Shown here in pieces: positions 1 through 9,525 of a stretch of 64,000 bases of DNA. The position numbers and the translations under genes are program-made. The notes beneath the pieces are model-generated. The model ran no database searches. It was not told where the DNA came from and saw only the letters and a list, made by a program, of their open reading frames with translations. Each line of letters opens with the position of its first letter. Position 1 is the stretch's first letter. Source of the stretch: Nannocystis sp. RBIL2 (GTDB lineage: Bacteria > Myxococcota_A > Polyangia > Nannocystales > Nannocystaceae); the NCBI RefSeq assembly GCF_026626745.1, contig NZ_JAPNJW010000002.1, positions 1,382,151-1,446,150 of the forward strand, written 5' to 3'.

Positions 1-287
1 ATGCGATAGGCCACGACCAGCCGCGGCGCAACCGCCACGAACCACGCGTCGACGCGAGCGCGGTCGGCGTAACGCAGCGGGTAGGTGTAGCGGCAGTGGC
101 TGTCGACCAGCAGGAGGGCGTAACCCGCGCGGCGGATGTCCTCGACGTCGAGCCCGCGCGAGCGCAGCAGCGCGGTCCGGCCGTACTCCATGTACTTGTA
201 GTAATGCCCGTGCCAGACGATGTTGAGGATGTCGACGTCGTGGAACGGGACCTCGAACTCGACCGAGACCTCGTGCAGCCGGCTCAC
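1..287 (-). CDS. 4-hydroxybenzoyl-CoA thioesterase-like (4HBT/YbgC hotdog) protein; C-terminus beyond window edge
   Basis: Translating the reverse complement from a GTG at 287-285 gives VSRLHEVSVEFEVPFHDVDILNIVWHGHYYKYMEYGRTALLRSRGLDVEDIRRAGYALLLVDSHCRYTYP, the typical 4HBT thioesterase N-terminus. The GTG overlaps the upstream ammonia-lyase stop (GTGA). Absent from the ORF track because it is open-ended. Confidence 0.6.
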   Translation of the reverse strand, partial: MSRLHEVSVEFEVPFHDVDILNIVWHGHYYKYMEYGRTALLRSRGLDVEDIRRAGYALLLVDSHCRYTYPLRYADRARVDAWFVAVAPRLVVAYR

Positions 288-1813
288 GACAGCGCTCCGA
301 TCGGCAACGCGTTCGCGCGCATCAGCGTCAGCACCGCGGCGATGTCCCGGTCCTGGCGGCGGTCGGCGTCGACCATCGGGATGACGCCGCGCACCGCCGC
401 GTGCAGCGTACGCGCCCGCGCGTGGACGTTGTGCCCCGCGCGCAGGTCGACCGCCTGGCACATGGTGAGCAGCCCGATCGCGGCGACCGTCTCGGTCAGC
501 TCGACGATCCGCAGGCAGTCGCGCGCCGCGATCGTGCCCATGCTCACCTTGTCCTGGTTGTGGCATTCGGTGCTTCGGCTGAAGACGCTGGCCGGCATCG
601 TCAGCTTCAACGCCTCGGCCGCCAGCGCCGAGGCCGAGATCTGCATCGCCTTGAAGCCGTGGTGCGCCGCACGATCGGGGCCCGTGCGCCCGACCAGGTT
701 GGCCGGCAGGCCTGCGTTCGTGTCCGGGTTGCAGACCAGCGCGATCTGGCGATCGACCAGGTCGGCGAGGTTGGCCACCGCCGTCTTCAGGGAGTCGAGC
801 GCGAAGCAGGCGTGGCCGCCGTAGAAGTTGCCGCCGTGCAGCACCTCCCCGGTCTCCGGGTCGACCAGCGGGTTGTCGTTGGCGCCGACGATTTCGACCT
901 CGAGCCACTGCCGGACCCAGGGTAGCGCGTCGACGAGGACCCCGATCACGTGCGGGGCGCAGCGGATCGAGTAGCGGTCCTGGATGCGAGCGGGGGCTGC
1001 CGGCCGCGGGAACTCGATATCTTCGCGGATCCACCCCGCCACGGCTCTCTGGCCCGGGTGCGGCTTGGCGGCGAAGATGCGGTCGTCGAAGTGAGCGGGG
1101 TTGCCGCCGAGCACGTCGCTGCCCATCGCCGTCAGCGCCGCGCACAGGCGCGCCAGCCGCTGCGCGCGCGCGACCGCCAGGCAACCGAGCCCGACCATGA
1201 CGCTGGTCCCGTTCATCAGCGCCAGGCTCTCCTTGGGCTGCAGCACCAGCGGCGGGATCCCGGCCTCGCGCAGCGCCTCGGCCGCGGGCGCGACCTGTCC
1301 CTTGAACCAGACCTCGCGCTCGCCGACCAGCGCCGCCACCACGTACGACAGCGGCGTCAGATCGCCGCTGGCCCCGACCGAGCCCTCGGCGGGGATCCGC
1401 GGCAGCAGACGGTGCCGCAGCAGATCGCACAGGCGCTCGAGCACCTCGACGCGCACCCCCGACCAGCCGCGCGCCAGCGCCACCAGCCGCACCGCCACCA
1501 CCGCGGCGGCCTCGACCTCGTCGAGGATCCGCCCGGTGCCGCAGCCGTGGAAGCGCATCAGGTTGATCGGCATCGCCGCCACGTGCTCGTCGGGCACGCT
1601 CGTCTCGCACGAGTCGCCGAACCCGGTCGTGACCCCGTAGACGACCTCGCCCGCGGCCAGCCGGCGCGCCAGGTGGTCGGCGCCGCGGCCCAGCAGCACC
1701 CGGTACTCCGGGGCGTCGTCGAGCGCCGGGAAAGCTGTCCCTTCGGCCAGCTGAACCACGTCGTCGAGGCCGATCCCGCCGGGCCCCACGATGAGGACGC
1801 GCGCGCTACTCAC
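284..1813 (-). CDS. Aromatic amino acid (histidine/tyrosine) ammonia-lyase, MIO-dependent
   Basis: Carries the ASG triad (GSVGASGDL), GVTTGFGD, and the NDNP and FYGGH motifs of the HAL/PAL/TAL family. The ORF track gives 560 aa from 1966, but homology begins at VSSARVLIVGPGG. I chose the GTG at 1813-1811, which is preceded by GGAGGG and overlaps the upstream stop (GTGA). Confidence 0.85.
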   Translation of the reverse strand: MSSARVLIVGPGGIGLDDVVQLAEGTAFPALDDAPEYRVLLGRGADHLARRLAAGEVVYGVTTGFGDSCETSVPDEHVAAMPINLMRFHGCGTGRILDEVEAAAVVAVRLVALARGWSGVRVEVLERLCDLLRHRLLPRIPAEGSVGASGDLTPLSYVVAALVGEREVWFKGQVAPAAEALREAGIPPLVLQPKESLALMNGTSVMVGLGCLAVARAQRLARLCAALTAMGSDVLGGNPAHFDDRIFAAKPHPGQRAVAGWIREDIEFPRPAAPARIQDRYSIRCAPHVIGVLVDALPWVRQWLEVEIVGANDNPLVDPETGEVLHGGNFYGGHACFALDSLKTAVANLADLVDRQIALVCNPDTNAGLPANLVGRTGPDRAAHHGFKAMQISASALAAEALKLTMPASVFSRSTECHNQDKVSMGTIAARDCLRIVELTETVAAIGLLTMCQAVDLRAGHNVHARARTLHAAVRGVIPMVDADRRQDRDIAAVLTLMRANALPIGALS

Positions 1814-2796
1814 TCTGCCCTCCAGAACTCGTAGAAGTTGAACCAGTTGAGCGGCGCGAGGCGGCAGTAGTGCTCGAGGCGTTCGGCGTAGCGCTGGACA
1901 TGGGCGGCGGTGGCGGCCTCGCGGCGGCCTCTGGGGAGTTCTAATTGTTCGGCGAAGGGCTCGCAATAAAGATCGTAGCGGTCAGGCCCGTGGTAGAGCC
2001 CGAAAGTCAAATAGATCGGGCACTTTAGCAGCGCCGCCAGGGTGTAGGGCCCGGTCGGGAAGCGCGCCGGAGCGCCCAGGAACTCGGCCGTGCAGGTCTT
2101 CTCGTTGACCCCGACCCGGTCGCCGAGCACCGCCACCAGCTCGCCGCGCTCGATCGCCTCCTTGGCGGCCAGGATGTAGCTGGTGTCGCGCGGGTCGATC
2201 GGGATCACGCGCACGTCGAAGTCGGCCCCCACCGTGCGCAAGAAGTCGTTGATCATCTTCGCGTTCTGCCAGTACGCGAGGATGTGGATCGGCAGCCGCT
2301 TGTCGACGCTGCTGGCCCGCATCGCCTCGAACGAGCCGAGGTGGGCCCCGAGCAGCAGCGCCCCCTTGCCCTGCTGCTGCAGCGCCCGCAGGTGCTCGAT
2401 GCCCGTGTGCGTGATGCGGAACCGCGACGTCTCGCCGCGGACCAGGAACACGCGGTCGAGGGCGCAGCGGGCGAACGTGTAGATGTGGCGCCAGCTGGCC
2501 CAAAAGCCGTGCGGCTGGCCGATCCGCCGCAGGTAGTCCTGCGAGGCCCGCCGCGCCGCCCCGGCGAACAGCGCGTAGTAGAAGGTGATCACCGCCAGCA
2601 GCACCCCCGCCCCGCGGCGGCCGAACACCCGGCAGAACAGCAGCGTCGCCTTGATCCCGAGCACCGTCCCGCGCTCGGGCCGGGTCATCCACGCCCGGTC
2701 GCCCTCGCCCGCGACGACGGCCGGAACGCCGCCCCCCGCGGACCCGTTCTGGTTGTCCTCCAGGACATGTCCCTTCGTACCTGCCTGCTCCGCCAT
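1810..2796 (-). CDS. LpxL/HtrB-like lysophospholipid (lipid A-type) acyltransferase
   Basis: Membrane acyltransferase (LPLAT) fold of the kind found in aryl-polyene clusters. The first 36 codons are low-complexity and contain the GGACATGTCC repeat (translated GHVLED). The true start is probably M37 at about 2688. Confidence 0.75.
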   Translation of the reverse strand: MAEQAGTKGHVLEDNQNGSAGGGVPAVVAGEGDRAWMTRPERGTVLGIKATLLFCRVFGRRGAGVLLAVITFYYALFAGAARRASQDYLRRIGQPHGFWASWRHIYTFARCALDRVFLVRGETSRFRITHTGIEHLRALQQQGKGALLLGAHLGSFEAMRASSVDKRLPIHILAYWQNAKMINDFLRTVGADFDVRVIPIDPRDTSYILAAKEAIERGELVAVLGDRVGVNEKTCTAEFLGAPARFPTGPYTLAALLKCPIYLTFGLYHGPDRYDLYCEPFAEQLELPRGRREAATAAHVQRYAERLEHYCRLAPLNWFNFYEFWRAE

Positions 2797-2829
2797 GGCC
2801 GATCGAACCTGTCCTCTCGCGCAGCCCGA

Positions 2830-3720
2830 TCAGCGGCCGGCCGGCAGCGCCGGGCGGCGCAGGCGGCGGTAGAGGTTGACCCACGGGCGCACCATCACCC
2901 GCTGGAACGACAGCCGGGTGTGCAGCCACGAGATCTTGACGTTGTCGCCGAACACGCGGAAGTGCGACACCCCGCCCTCGTCGCGGCCGATGTAACGGAC
3001 CTTCGTCGGCAGATTGATCACCGGCACCCCGGCCCACACCAGGCGGACCGCGATCTCGATGTCGAAGTCCATGCGATCGCCGGTGCGCCCGAGCGCCAGC
3101 GCGGGCACCAGCGGGTACACACGGAAGCCGCACATCGGGTCGGTGATGACCCCGCGCCCGGCCTCGAAGTTGGTCCAGAACAGCGTGATCTTGCGGGCGA
3201 TGAGCCGCCCCTTCGGCGCCGACGCGTCGTACACCGGCGCCCCGAGGATCAGCGCGTCCGGCCGCTCGTGCGCGGTGGCGAGGAATTGCGGGATGTCCCC
3301 CAGGTCATGTTGCCCGTCGGCGTCGACCTGCAGCGCGTGGGTGTAGCCGAGCTCGTGGGCGAACTGGAACCCGGTCTTGACCGCCGCCCCCTTGCCGCCG
3401 TTGTGCGGCCGTCGCCGCACGTGCGCCAGCCCCTCCGCCCCGATCGCCTCGACCGCGGCGCGGCCCTCCGGCCCCGAGCCGTCGTCGATGACGACCACGT
3501 CGGGCAGGTGCGCCTTGACCCGCAGCACCACGTCCCGCACCGTCCGCGGATTGTCGAAGGTCGGGATCAGCGCGCACGGCCGGAACGCCGCGGCCCCGGC
3601 TTCGCCTGTCCCCAGGGACACGTCCTGGCCCCCGTCCGCGCTCATGCCCGCCTCCCGGCGCGAGGCGCACCCAGCCCGCCGACCGTCGGCGACCGCTCTG
3701 TCCTCCCGGACATCTGGCAA
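2830..3720 (-). CDS. Family 2 glycosyltransferase
   Basis: Shows the GT2 signatures IPTFDN, VIDDGS and QVDADGQHD. The 5' end again overlaps a CTGTCC-N4-GGACAC repeat, and the start may be the internal MSADGG. Confidence 0.8.
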   Translation of the reverse strand: MPDVREDRAVADGRRAGCASRREAGMSADGGQDVSLGTGEAGAAAFRPCALIPTFDNPRTVRDVVLRVKAHLPDVVVIDDGSGPEGRAAVEAIGAEGLAHVRRRPHNGGKGAAVKTGFQFAHELGYTHALQVDADGQHDLGDIPQFLATAHERPDALILGAPVYDASAPKGRLIARKITLFWTNFEAGRGVITDPMCGFRVYPLVPALALGRTGDRMDFDIEIAVRLVWAGVPVINLPTKVRYIGRDEGGVSHFRVFGDNVKISWLHTRLSFQRVMVRPWVNLYRRLRRPALPAGR

Positions 3721-3750
3721 CGACCTGCGCCTTCGGCCATACGCACCGCC

Positions 3751-5616
3751 TCAGCCTCCGCGCGCCTCGTACTCGAGCGCCCCCGCCGTGACCACCTCGC
3801 CGGCCCGCGCCAGGGAGAAGCGGACGCTCGTCCCGCGGACCTCGAGCCGCAGCACCAGCGCGTCGCCCGGCGCGATCGGCCGGGTGAACTTCAGCCGCGT
3901 CGCCCGCCGCAGCGGCCCCAGCTCCGGCCGCAGCGCCGCCACCTGCGGCACCACCAGCGCGGTCAGCTGCGCCACCCCCGGCAGCACCGGCAGGGCGTCG
4001 AAGTGCCCGCGGAAGAACGCCAGGTCGACCGGCACCCCCACCTCGACCTCGTGCACCGACGACCCGCCCTCTTCGCGCAGCGTATGCCCGCGCAGCGCGA
4101 ACGCCGACGCCCCCGGGCCACCTGTCCCCGCGGACATGTCCCGTGAGCCACTCAGCCCCGATCCCGCGCTCGGTGCGTCCGTCGCCGAACTTACGGACAT
4201 GTCCCTCGGGCCACCCGCCGCGACTTCCTCTTCGCCCGCGAGCCCGAGCAGCGCGTGCAGCTTGCGCCGCGTCAGCTTGCCGCTCGGCTCGCGCGGCAGC
4301 GCCGGCACCACCTTGATCCGCCGCGGCACCACCACCTGGTCGAACCACGGCAACAGCGCCCGGCGCAGCTCGGCCACCAGCTCGCCGGCGTCGCGCCCGC
4401 CCTCGCGCGCGACCACGGCGGCCACCAGCTCGTGCCCGCGGGCGCCCGGCGACTCGACCGCCACCACCGCGGCGTCGGCCACCGCGGGCAGCGCCAGCAG
4501 CCGCTGCTCGACCTCGGCCACCGCCACTCGCTTGCCGGCGATCTTCACCACCCCGTCGAGCCGCCCGCGCAGGTGGAACCCGCCGCGCGCGTCGACCTCG
4601 ACGCGATCCTCGCACGGGTACGGCACCGGCGCGTCCGGCGCCAAGAACGGCGAGCGCAGCAGCAGCCGGCCCTCGGCCGCCACCTCGACAGTCACTCCCG
4701 GCAGCGGCGTCCAGGCTGGCTCCGGGGACATGTCCCTTAAAACATCCTCGTGCCGCCGCCAGCCGATCCCGCCGGTCTCCGACGAGCCGTACACCTCGGT
4801 CACCTGCAGGCCCAGCTTCGTCAGCAGCTCGTCGGCGGTCGCCCGTGGCAACGGCGCGCCCGACGAGAACACCCGCGACAGCGGCGGCAGGTCGCCGCGC
4901 GTCAGCACCGTCAGGCCGCGCAGGTGCGCCGGCGTGCTGACCAGCACCGTCGCCGCCACCTGCCGCGCCGCCCGGGCCACCGTCTCGGCGTGCAGCGGCG
5001 TCTCGCGGGCGAACGCCGCCCCCGCGGCCAGCGGCGCCAGGATCCCGAACAGCAGCCCGTAGAGGTGGTACGGCGGCACCGTCGCCAGCGCCACCTCCCC
5101 GGCCCGCAGGGCGAACGTGGCCGCCAGCGCCTGCGCCTCGCCGAGCAGCTGCGCGGCCGTCTTGGCGCACGGCTGGTGGTCGCCGGTGCTGCCCGAGGTG
5201 TACACGACCGCCAGCCGGCGATCGGCCGCCAGCGCTTCGGGCCATGTCGGATCGGCCATGTCCCCTGAAACATGTTCCGAGAGCCACTCGCGGACGTCCT
5301 GCGCGTCGGCCAGGTCGGAGTCGTGCAGCAGCGCGACCACCGACGGCCGCCCGGCCAGCTCGCGCACGGCCGCCGGCTGGGCGTTGGGCGGCAGCGCGAC
5401 CGCGTGGCCGCGCAGCCACGCCGCCAGGGTCGTCACCGCCAGGTGATAGCGGTCGCCGCACACCACCAGCACCTCGCTGCCCGGCGCCGGCGCCGGCAGC
5501 CGCGCCGCGATGCCCCTCGCGTCGCGCATGAGCTCGCCGGCCGTGCGCGCGCCGGCCTCGCCGACGGCGACGGGCGCCACGGGATCGGTGTGGACGAGCG
5601 GGACGAACGACTTCAT
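3751..5616 (-). CDS. AMP-dependent synthetase/ligase fused to a C-terminal hotdog (FabZ/MaoC-like) dehydratase domain
   Basis: Adenylation motifs YTSGSTG, EVYGSSET and PSGKLTRRK, followed by a hotdog domain (LRGHTLREEGG...FFRGHFDALPVLPGVAQL). The true start is MKSFVPLVHTD at 5616, ATGA-coupled to the upstream gene. The ORF-track N-terminal extension overlaps the membrane-protein frame. Confidence 0.8.
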   Translation of the reverse strand: MKSFVPLVHTDPVAPVAVGEAGARTAGELMRDARGIAARLPAPAPGSEVLVVCGDRYHLAVTTLAAWLRGHAVALPPNAQPAAVRELAGRPSVVALLHDSDLADAQDVREWLSEHVSGDMADPTWPEALAADRRLAVVYTSGSTGDHQPCAKTAAQLLGEAQALAATFALRAGEVALATVPPYHLYGLLFGILAPLAAGAAFARETPLHAETVARAARQVAATVLVSTPAHLRGLTVLTRGDLPPLSRVFSSGAPLPRATADELLTKLGLQVTEVYGSSETGGIGWRRHEDVLRDMSPEPAWTPLPGVTVEVAAEGRLLLRSPFLAPDAPVPYPCEDRVEVDARGGFHLRGRLDGVVKIAGKRVAVAEVEQRLLALPAVADAAVVAVESPGARGHELVAAVVAREGGRDAGELVAELRRALLPWFDQVVVPRRIKVVPALPREPSGKLTRRKLHALLGLAGEEEVAAGGPRDMSVSSATDAPSAGSGLSGSRDMSAGTGGPGASAFALRGHTLREEGGSSVHEVEVGVPVDLAFFRGHFDALPVLPGVAQLTALVVPQVAALRPELGPLRRATRLKFTRPIAPGDALVLRLEVRGTSVRFSLARAGEVVTAGALEYEARGG

Positions 5617-6263
5617 GCGCGGAGCAGTCGGCGGAGCAGGCGGTCGGGCAGCGCGTCGCCGAAGCGACGGAAGGTCGCCTTGCGGACGACGTACTCGACG
5701 GTGAACATTACCCCGATCAGCAGGTAGGCCAAAAGTCCGGTGTAGAGCGTCCACCAGGCCACCGGGGCCCACAGCGCCAGGCCGGCGCTGACGAGCGCGT
5801 TGGCGACGAAGAAGCCGCACCAGATCCGGGTCCACGTCCGGCAGTACTCCGGCCCGCCGGGCGGCAGGTCGGGCTCCTGCAGGCGCGCGAACCGTTCGAC
5901 CAGCGACACCGGCCCGCGCAGGCTGGCCGCGAAGTTGGCCAACAATCCCAGGTTGACCAGCACCGGCAGGGCCATGAACAGCCGCTGCTCGCCCGACAGC
6001 GCCGCCACCGCGAACAGCCCGAACAGCGACAGCGGCACCCGCAGCACCGGCCACAGGTCCTCGCGCCGGGCCTCGCGCAGGCGCAGCAGCAGCCCCGGCA
6101 GCAGCGCCGCCGCCAGCACCAGCGCCAACGTGCGCGGGCTCCAGCGCGTCATGCCGAGGTACACGACCAGCGGGTAGCCGCCGATCACCATCGACCGCAG
6201 CACCGCGGGCACCCACCTCGGGACCCCCGCGGCTCGCCGCGGCTCGCCGTTCGGGTCCGCCAT
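5613..6263 (-). CDS. Integral membrane protein of the aryl-polyene-type cluster
   Basis: 216 aa with several hydrophobic helices. The stop overlaps the AMP-ligase start, and the start lies 8 nt after the ACP stop. Confidence 0.55.
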   Translation of the reverse strand: MADPNGEPRRAAGVPRWVPAVLRSMVIGGYPLVVYLGMTRWSPRTLALVLAAALLPGLLLRLREARREDLWPVLRVPLSLFGLFAVAALSGEQRLFMALPVLVNLGLLANFAASLRGPVSLVERFARLQEPDLPPGGPEYCRTWTRIWCGFFVANALVSAGLALWAPVAWWTLYTGLLAYLLIGVMFTVEYVVRKATFRRFGDALPDRLLRRLLRA

Positions 6264-6271
6264 GTCGGGCC

Positions 6272-6559
6272 TCAGCTCGCCGCCGGCGCGCGCTGTTCAG
6301 CGACGAAGCGGGCCAGGTTGGTCACGCTGGCGAAGATGTGCCGGTTCTGGGCGTCGTCGGCGCGGGTCTTGACGCCGTACTTCTTGCCGATGGCCATCGC
6401 CAGCTCGAGCACGTCGATCGAGTCGAGGCCCAGCCCCTCGACCAGCAGCGGCGCCTCTGGGTCGATGTCCTCGGGGGTCATGTCCTGCAGCATCAGGGCC
6501 TCGATGATGAGCTCCTTGATCTCGCGGACCAGGGCGTCGGGCGGGGCGGCATCTGTCAT
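6272..6559 (-). CDS. Acyl carrier protein
   Basis: 95 aa with the GLDSIDVLEL phosphopantetheine-attachment motif. Confidence 0.85.
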   Translation of the reverse strand: MTDAAPPDALVREIKELIIEALMLQDMTPEDIDPEAPLLVEGLGLDSIDVLELAMAIGKKYGVKTRADDAQNRHIFASVTNLARFVAEQRAPAAS

Positions 6560-6727
6560 GGGGTCGGCGCATCCTACGGGGATCGCCCTGGAGACGACAA
6601 GCGGCGCCCATCATCCTCCGTGGACGCCCGAGCTGCGCGCTGCGGTCACCGACACCGCGCAAGCTCACATCTCCCCCTGGCTCTTGGTGCAGGCGACCTC
6701 GGCGGCCCTCGGTACGCTCGCCGCCGC

Positions 6728-7507
6728 ATGACAAGCACCCAGCAACCGCGGATCGCCATCGTCACCGGCGGCGGCAACGGCATCGGCCGCGCCACCGCTC
6801 TCAAGTTCGCCGAGGCCGGCTACGGCGTGGCCGTGTGGGACCTGGCCGAACAGGCAGCCGAGGAGGTCGTGTCCGCGATCACCGCCGCCGGCGGCGTCGC
6901 CATCGCCCGCAAGGTCGACGTCAGCAAGCCCGAGGACTGCGTCGCCGGGGTCGCCGCCGTGCTCGAGCGGTTCGGCCGGATCGACGTCCTCATCAACAAC
7001 GCCGGCGTCGTCCGCGACGGCCAGTTGGTCAAGGTCAAGGACGGTCAGGTGGTCGGACAGATGAGCGCCGACCAGTTCCAGTTCGTCCTCGATGTCTGCC
7101 TCAAGGGCGTGTTCAACTGCACCCAGGCGGTCGTGCCGACCATGATCGCCCAGAAGTACGGGCGAATCGTCAGCACCAGCTCGGTGGTCGCATTGTACGG
7201 CAACTTCGGCCAGACCAACTACGTCGCCGCCAAGGCCGGCGTCGTCGGCATGACGCGCGTATGGGCGCGCGAGCTCGGCCGCTACGGCATCACGGCGAAC
7301 GCCGTCGCCCCGGGCTTCATCGCCACCGACATGGTCAAGAGCATCCCGGAGAAGGTTTATAACGCGCTGATCGAGCACACCCCGGTCGGCCGCGCCGGAC
7401 AGCCCGACGACATCGCTCGCGCCTATCTCTTCCTGGCCGACGACAAGTCGAGCTTCATCAACGGCGCCATCTTGAGCGTCGACGGCGGCTCCGTCGTCGG
7501 CACCTGA
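6728..7507 (+). CDS. fabG: 3-oxoacyl-ACP reductase (SDR family)
   Basis: TGGGNGIGRA Rossmann motif, NNAG, and the YxxxK catalytic region. The start MTSTQQPRIAIVTGG is at 6728. The ORF-track 5' extension is antisense to the ACP. Confidence 0.85.
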   Translation: MTSTQQPRIAIVTGGGNGIGRATALKFAEAGYGVAVWDLAEQAAEEVVSAITAAGGVAIARKVDVSKPEDCVAGVAAVLERFGRIDVLINNAGVVRDGQLVKVKDGQVVGQMSADQFQFVLDVCLKGVFNCTQAVVPTMIAQKYGRIVSTSSVVALYGNFGQTNYVAAKAGVVGMTRVWARELGRYGITANAVAPGFIATDMVKSIPEKVYNALIEHTPVGRAGQPDDIARAYLFLADDKSSFINGAILSVDGGSVVGT

Positions 7508-7688
7508 ACCGCTGCACGCGGTTCTGATCGGGCCTCACGGGCGGCGAACGGCGTCCGTGACGGCGCGCGCGGCGCTGAACAGCATCCGCCACGGCAGGCC
7601 CTCACCCTGCCCGCGCGGACCTCGGGCCGCGCGCGGCATTTTGCCCCTTCGTTGCAGCAGCAGCGCGAAAAGACTAGCGTAACGGGCG

Positions 7689-9473
7689 ATGCACGACGAC
7701 GGCGCGCGCTGGCTACCCAAGTTTCTCGCGGACAGCGGCTACCGCCACGCGATGTATACCCATCAGTGGACCGAGGTGTTGATCTGGCGCGACACGGAGC
7801 GGTGGCTCGGCCGCGGACCCGACCGCGACAGCGCCCTCGAAGATGCGCTGACGCAGATGTTCCCGTCAGCTGCCGCGCGTCAGCTCTTCGATCGCTTCCG
7901 CGACGGCCTCCAGGAGCCAGCCCGTCCGCAGGCGGCGCCACCCAGCGCCGCAGTATCCGCCGAAGTTATCCCCGCCCCGCCCGCACCGCCCGCCCCGCCC
8001 GAACCCGAGCTACCGCGCAGCCCGATCGTCGGCCGGATCCAGCTACCGACTTATCCCGCTGCTGCGGTCGCCGAGGCGCGCGAGACCCTGGAAGAGATCC
8101 TCAAGGACATCCAGGACATGCGACCCGACTTCGCGCTGATGTCGCCGCGCTATCAGAAGGTCTACATGCTGGCGTGGATCTCACGCGCGCGCAGCTTCGA
8201 CGAGCAGTTCCAGGGCGAGCACAAGATCACCGTACTGGTGCGACGGATCGCCCACGAGCTGACGAACCTCAGCAAGACCTTGTGGCCCGGCTCGGTGCAG
8301 GCGCTGCAGATGAACGCGGTGCCCGCATGTGTGGTGACCGAGCTCGGGCTCAAGACGCTGCACGCGCCGAAGACCTGGGCCGAGGCGCACGAGTTCGTGC
8401 AGAACCATCGCGAGCGCGCGATGACCAGCGAGGTCCCGGTCGACGACTACGGCTGGGCCGACCGCCCGCGCAAGGCCCCGCCGGGCCAGCCCCGCGCCCT
8501 CCTGCGCGAGGCCCAGCGCGCCGTCGAAGCCATCGCCGGCAACGTCACCGATCCGCCGCCGCGCCACCTCACCACGCCGCCGGAGGAGCTGCCGAACGAG
8601 CAGCTCGACGCGCTCGTCAAGCACGCCCAGGCGCTGCGCGACATCCGTCGCTTCATCGCCGCCGAGGACCCCGAGACCTGGGGCGCCGTCATGGGCCGCC
8701 TGCGCTGGCTCGCGGGGCGCCTCGGCGAGCGCCTGCCGCAGCTGCGTCGCTGGCTCGACCCCGAGTTCATCCCGCCGCCCGAGCGCGCCAAGACCGGGCC
8801 CTCGGCCGATCAGGTGCGCCAGCAGCAAGCGACGGTGCGAGCCGAACGCGACGCCCTGGTCGCCGCTGACAGCTTCGACGACGAGGCCCTGCTCGCCTTC
8901 CTCGGCCGGGCCTTCGACGCCCACAACACGCCCGAGGTCGCCTCGCTGGTCCAGCCGATCCGCCCGCGCATCGACGCCCTGCGCCCCGACCTGTTCGAGG
9001 ACCGCCGCATGCGTCGCCGCCTCACCGGCCTGCAGGACGTGATCAAGCGCGGAGAGCTCGGCGTGCTGCCGTCCGACAGCGACAGCGACCTCGAGGAAGA
9101 GACCGAAGACGTCGACGATCCGGGCGCGCACCTGGTCGCCCAGGTCCGGCCCAAGGTCGAGGGCAAGCGGGTCCTGTTCGTCAGCAACCGCGAAGACCCC
9201 GACCTCAAGTCGAAGCTCGAGGAGTCGCTCGGCCTCGACATCACCTGGTGCGACGGCAACGCCCGCAAGGTCCAGGCCCAGTGCGAGAGCATCTCGCGCC
9301 ACAGCTACGACTACGTGCTGATCGCCACCGGCTTCCAGGCCCACAACATCGACGGCATCCTCGCCCGCGCCGCCCGGGCCAGCGCCATCCCGTACGTCCG
9401 CGTGTTCAAGGGCCGCCCCCTCGCGGTCGCCCGCGCCCTCGCCCGCAGCCTCGGCGTCGCCTCCGCCGCCTGA
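7689..9473 (+). CDS. Hypothetical protein (594 aa)
   Basis: Long ORF with non-repetitive, balanced composition; no family recognised by eye. The alternative-frame ORFs over the same span are Arg/Pro-rich artefacts. Confidence 0.5.
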   Translation: MHDDGARWLPKFLADSGYRHAMYTHQWTEVLIWRDTERWLGRGPDRDSALEDALTQMFPSAAARQLFDRFRDGLQEPARPQAAPPSAAVSAEVIPAPPAPPAPPEPELPRSPIVGRIQLPTYPAAAVAEARETLEEILKDIQDMRPDFALMSPRYQKVYMLAWISRARSFDEQFQGEHKITVLVRRIAHELTNLSKTLWPGSVQALQMNAVPACVVTELGLKTLHAPKTWAEAHEFVQNHRERAMTSEVPVDDYGWADRPRKAPPGQPRALLREAQRAVEAIAGNVTDPPPRHLTTPPEELPNEQLDALVKHAQALRDIRRFIAAEDPETWGAVMGRLRWLAGRLGERLPQLRRWLDPEFIPPPERAKTGPSADQVRQQQATVRAERDALVAADSFDDEALLAFLGRAFDAHNTPEVASLVQPIRPRIDALRPDLFEDRRMRRRLTGLQDVIKRGELGVLPSDSDSDLEEETEDVDDPGAHLVAQVRPKVEGKRVLFVSNREDPDLKSKLEESLGLDITWCDGNARKVQAQCESISRHSYDYVLIATGFQAHNIDGILARAARASAIPYVRVFKGRPLAVARALARSLGVASAA

Positions 9474-9487
9474 GCCGCTGGCTCCGA

Positions 9488-9525
9488 GGACATGTCCTCA
9501 CGAACATGTCCTCGCGTACATGTCC
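9488..9525. repeat. Three tandem direct copies of ACATGTCCTC, 14-nt period
   Basis: GGACATGTCCtcacgAACATGTCCtcgcgTACATGTCCtc, intergenic between the gene ending at 9473 and the DUF2975/XRE operon. Confidence 0.6.

Noticed and set aside
96-1834. Plus-strand ORFs 96-824, 401-925, 950-1834 and 1101-1640
   Set aside because: They are antisense to the well-supported ammonia-lyase gene. Their Arg/Ala/Pro-rich translations are typical of spurious high-GC frames.
2284-6216. Large alternate-frame ORFs (2284-4146 +, 3305-5461 -, 3377-5062 +, N-terminal 200 codons of 3751-6216 -)
   Set aside because: They overlap the GT2, AMP-ligase and membrane-protein genes in other frames and are low-complexity R/G/A/P. 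The 821-aa ORF is trimmed to MKSFVPLVHTD at 5616.
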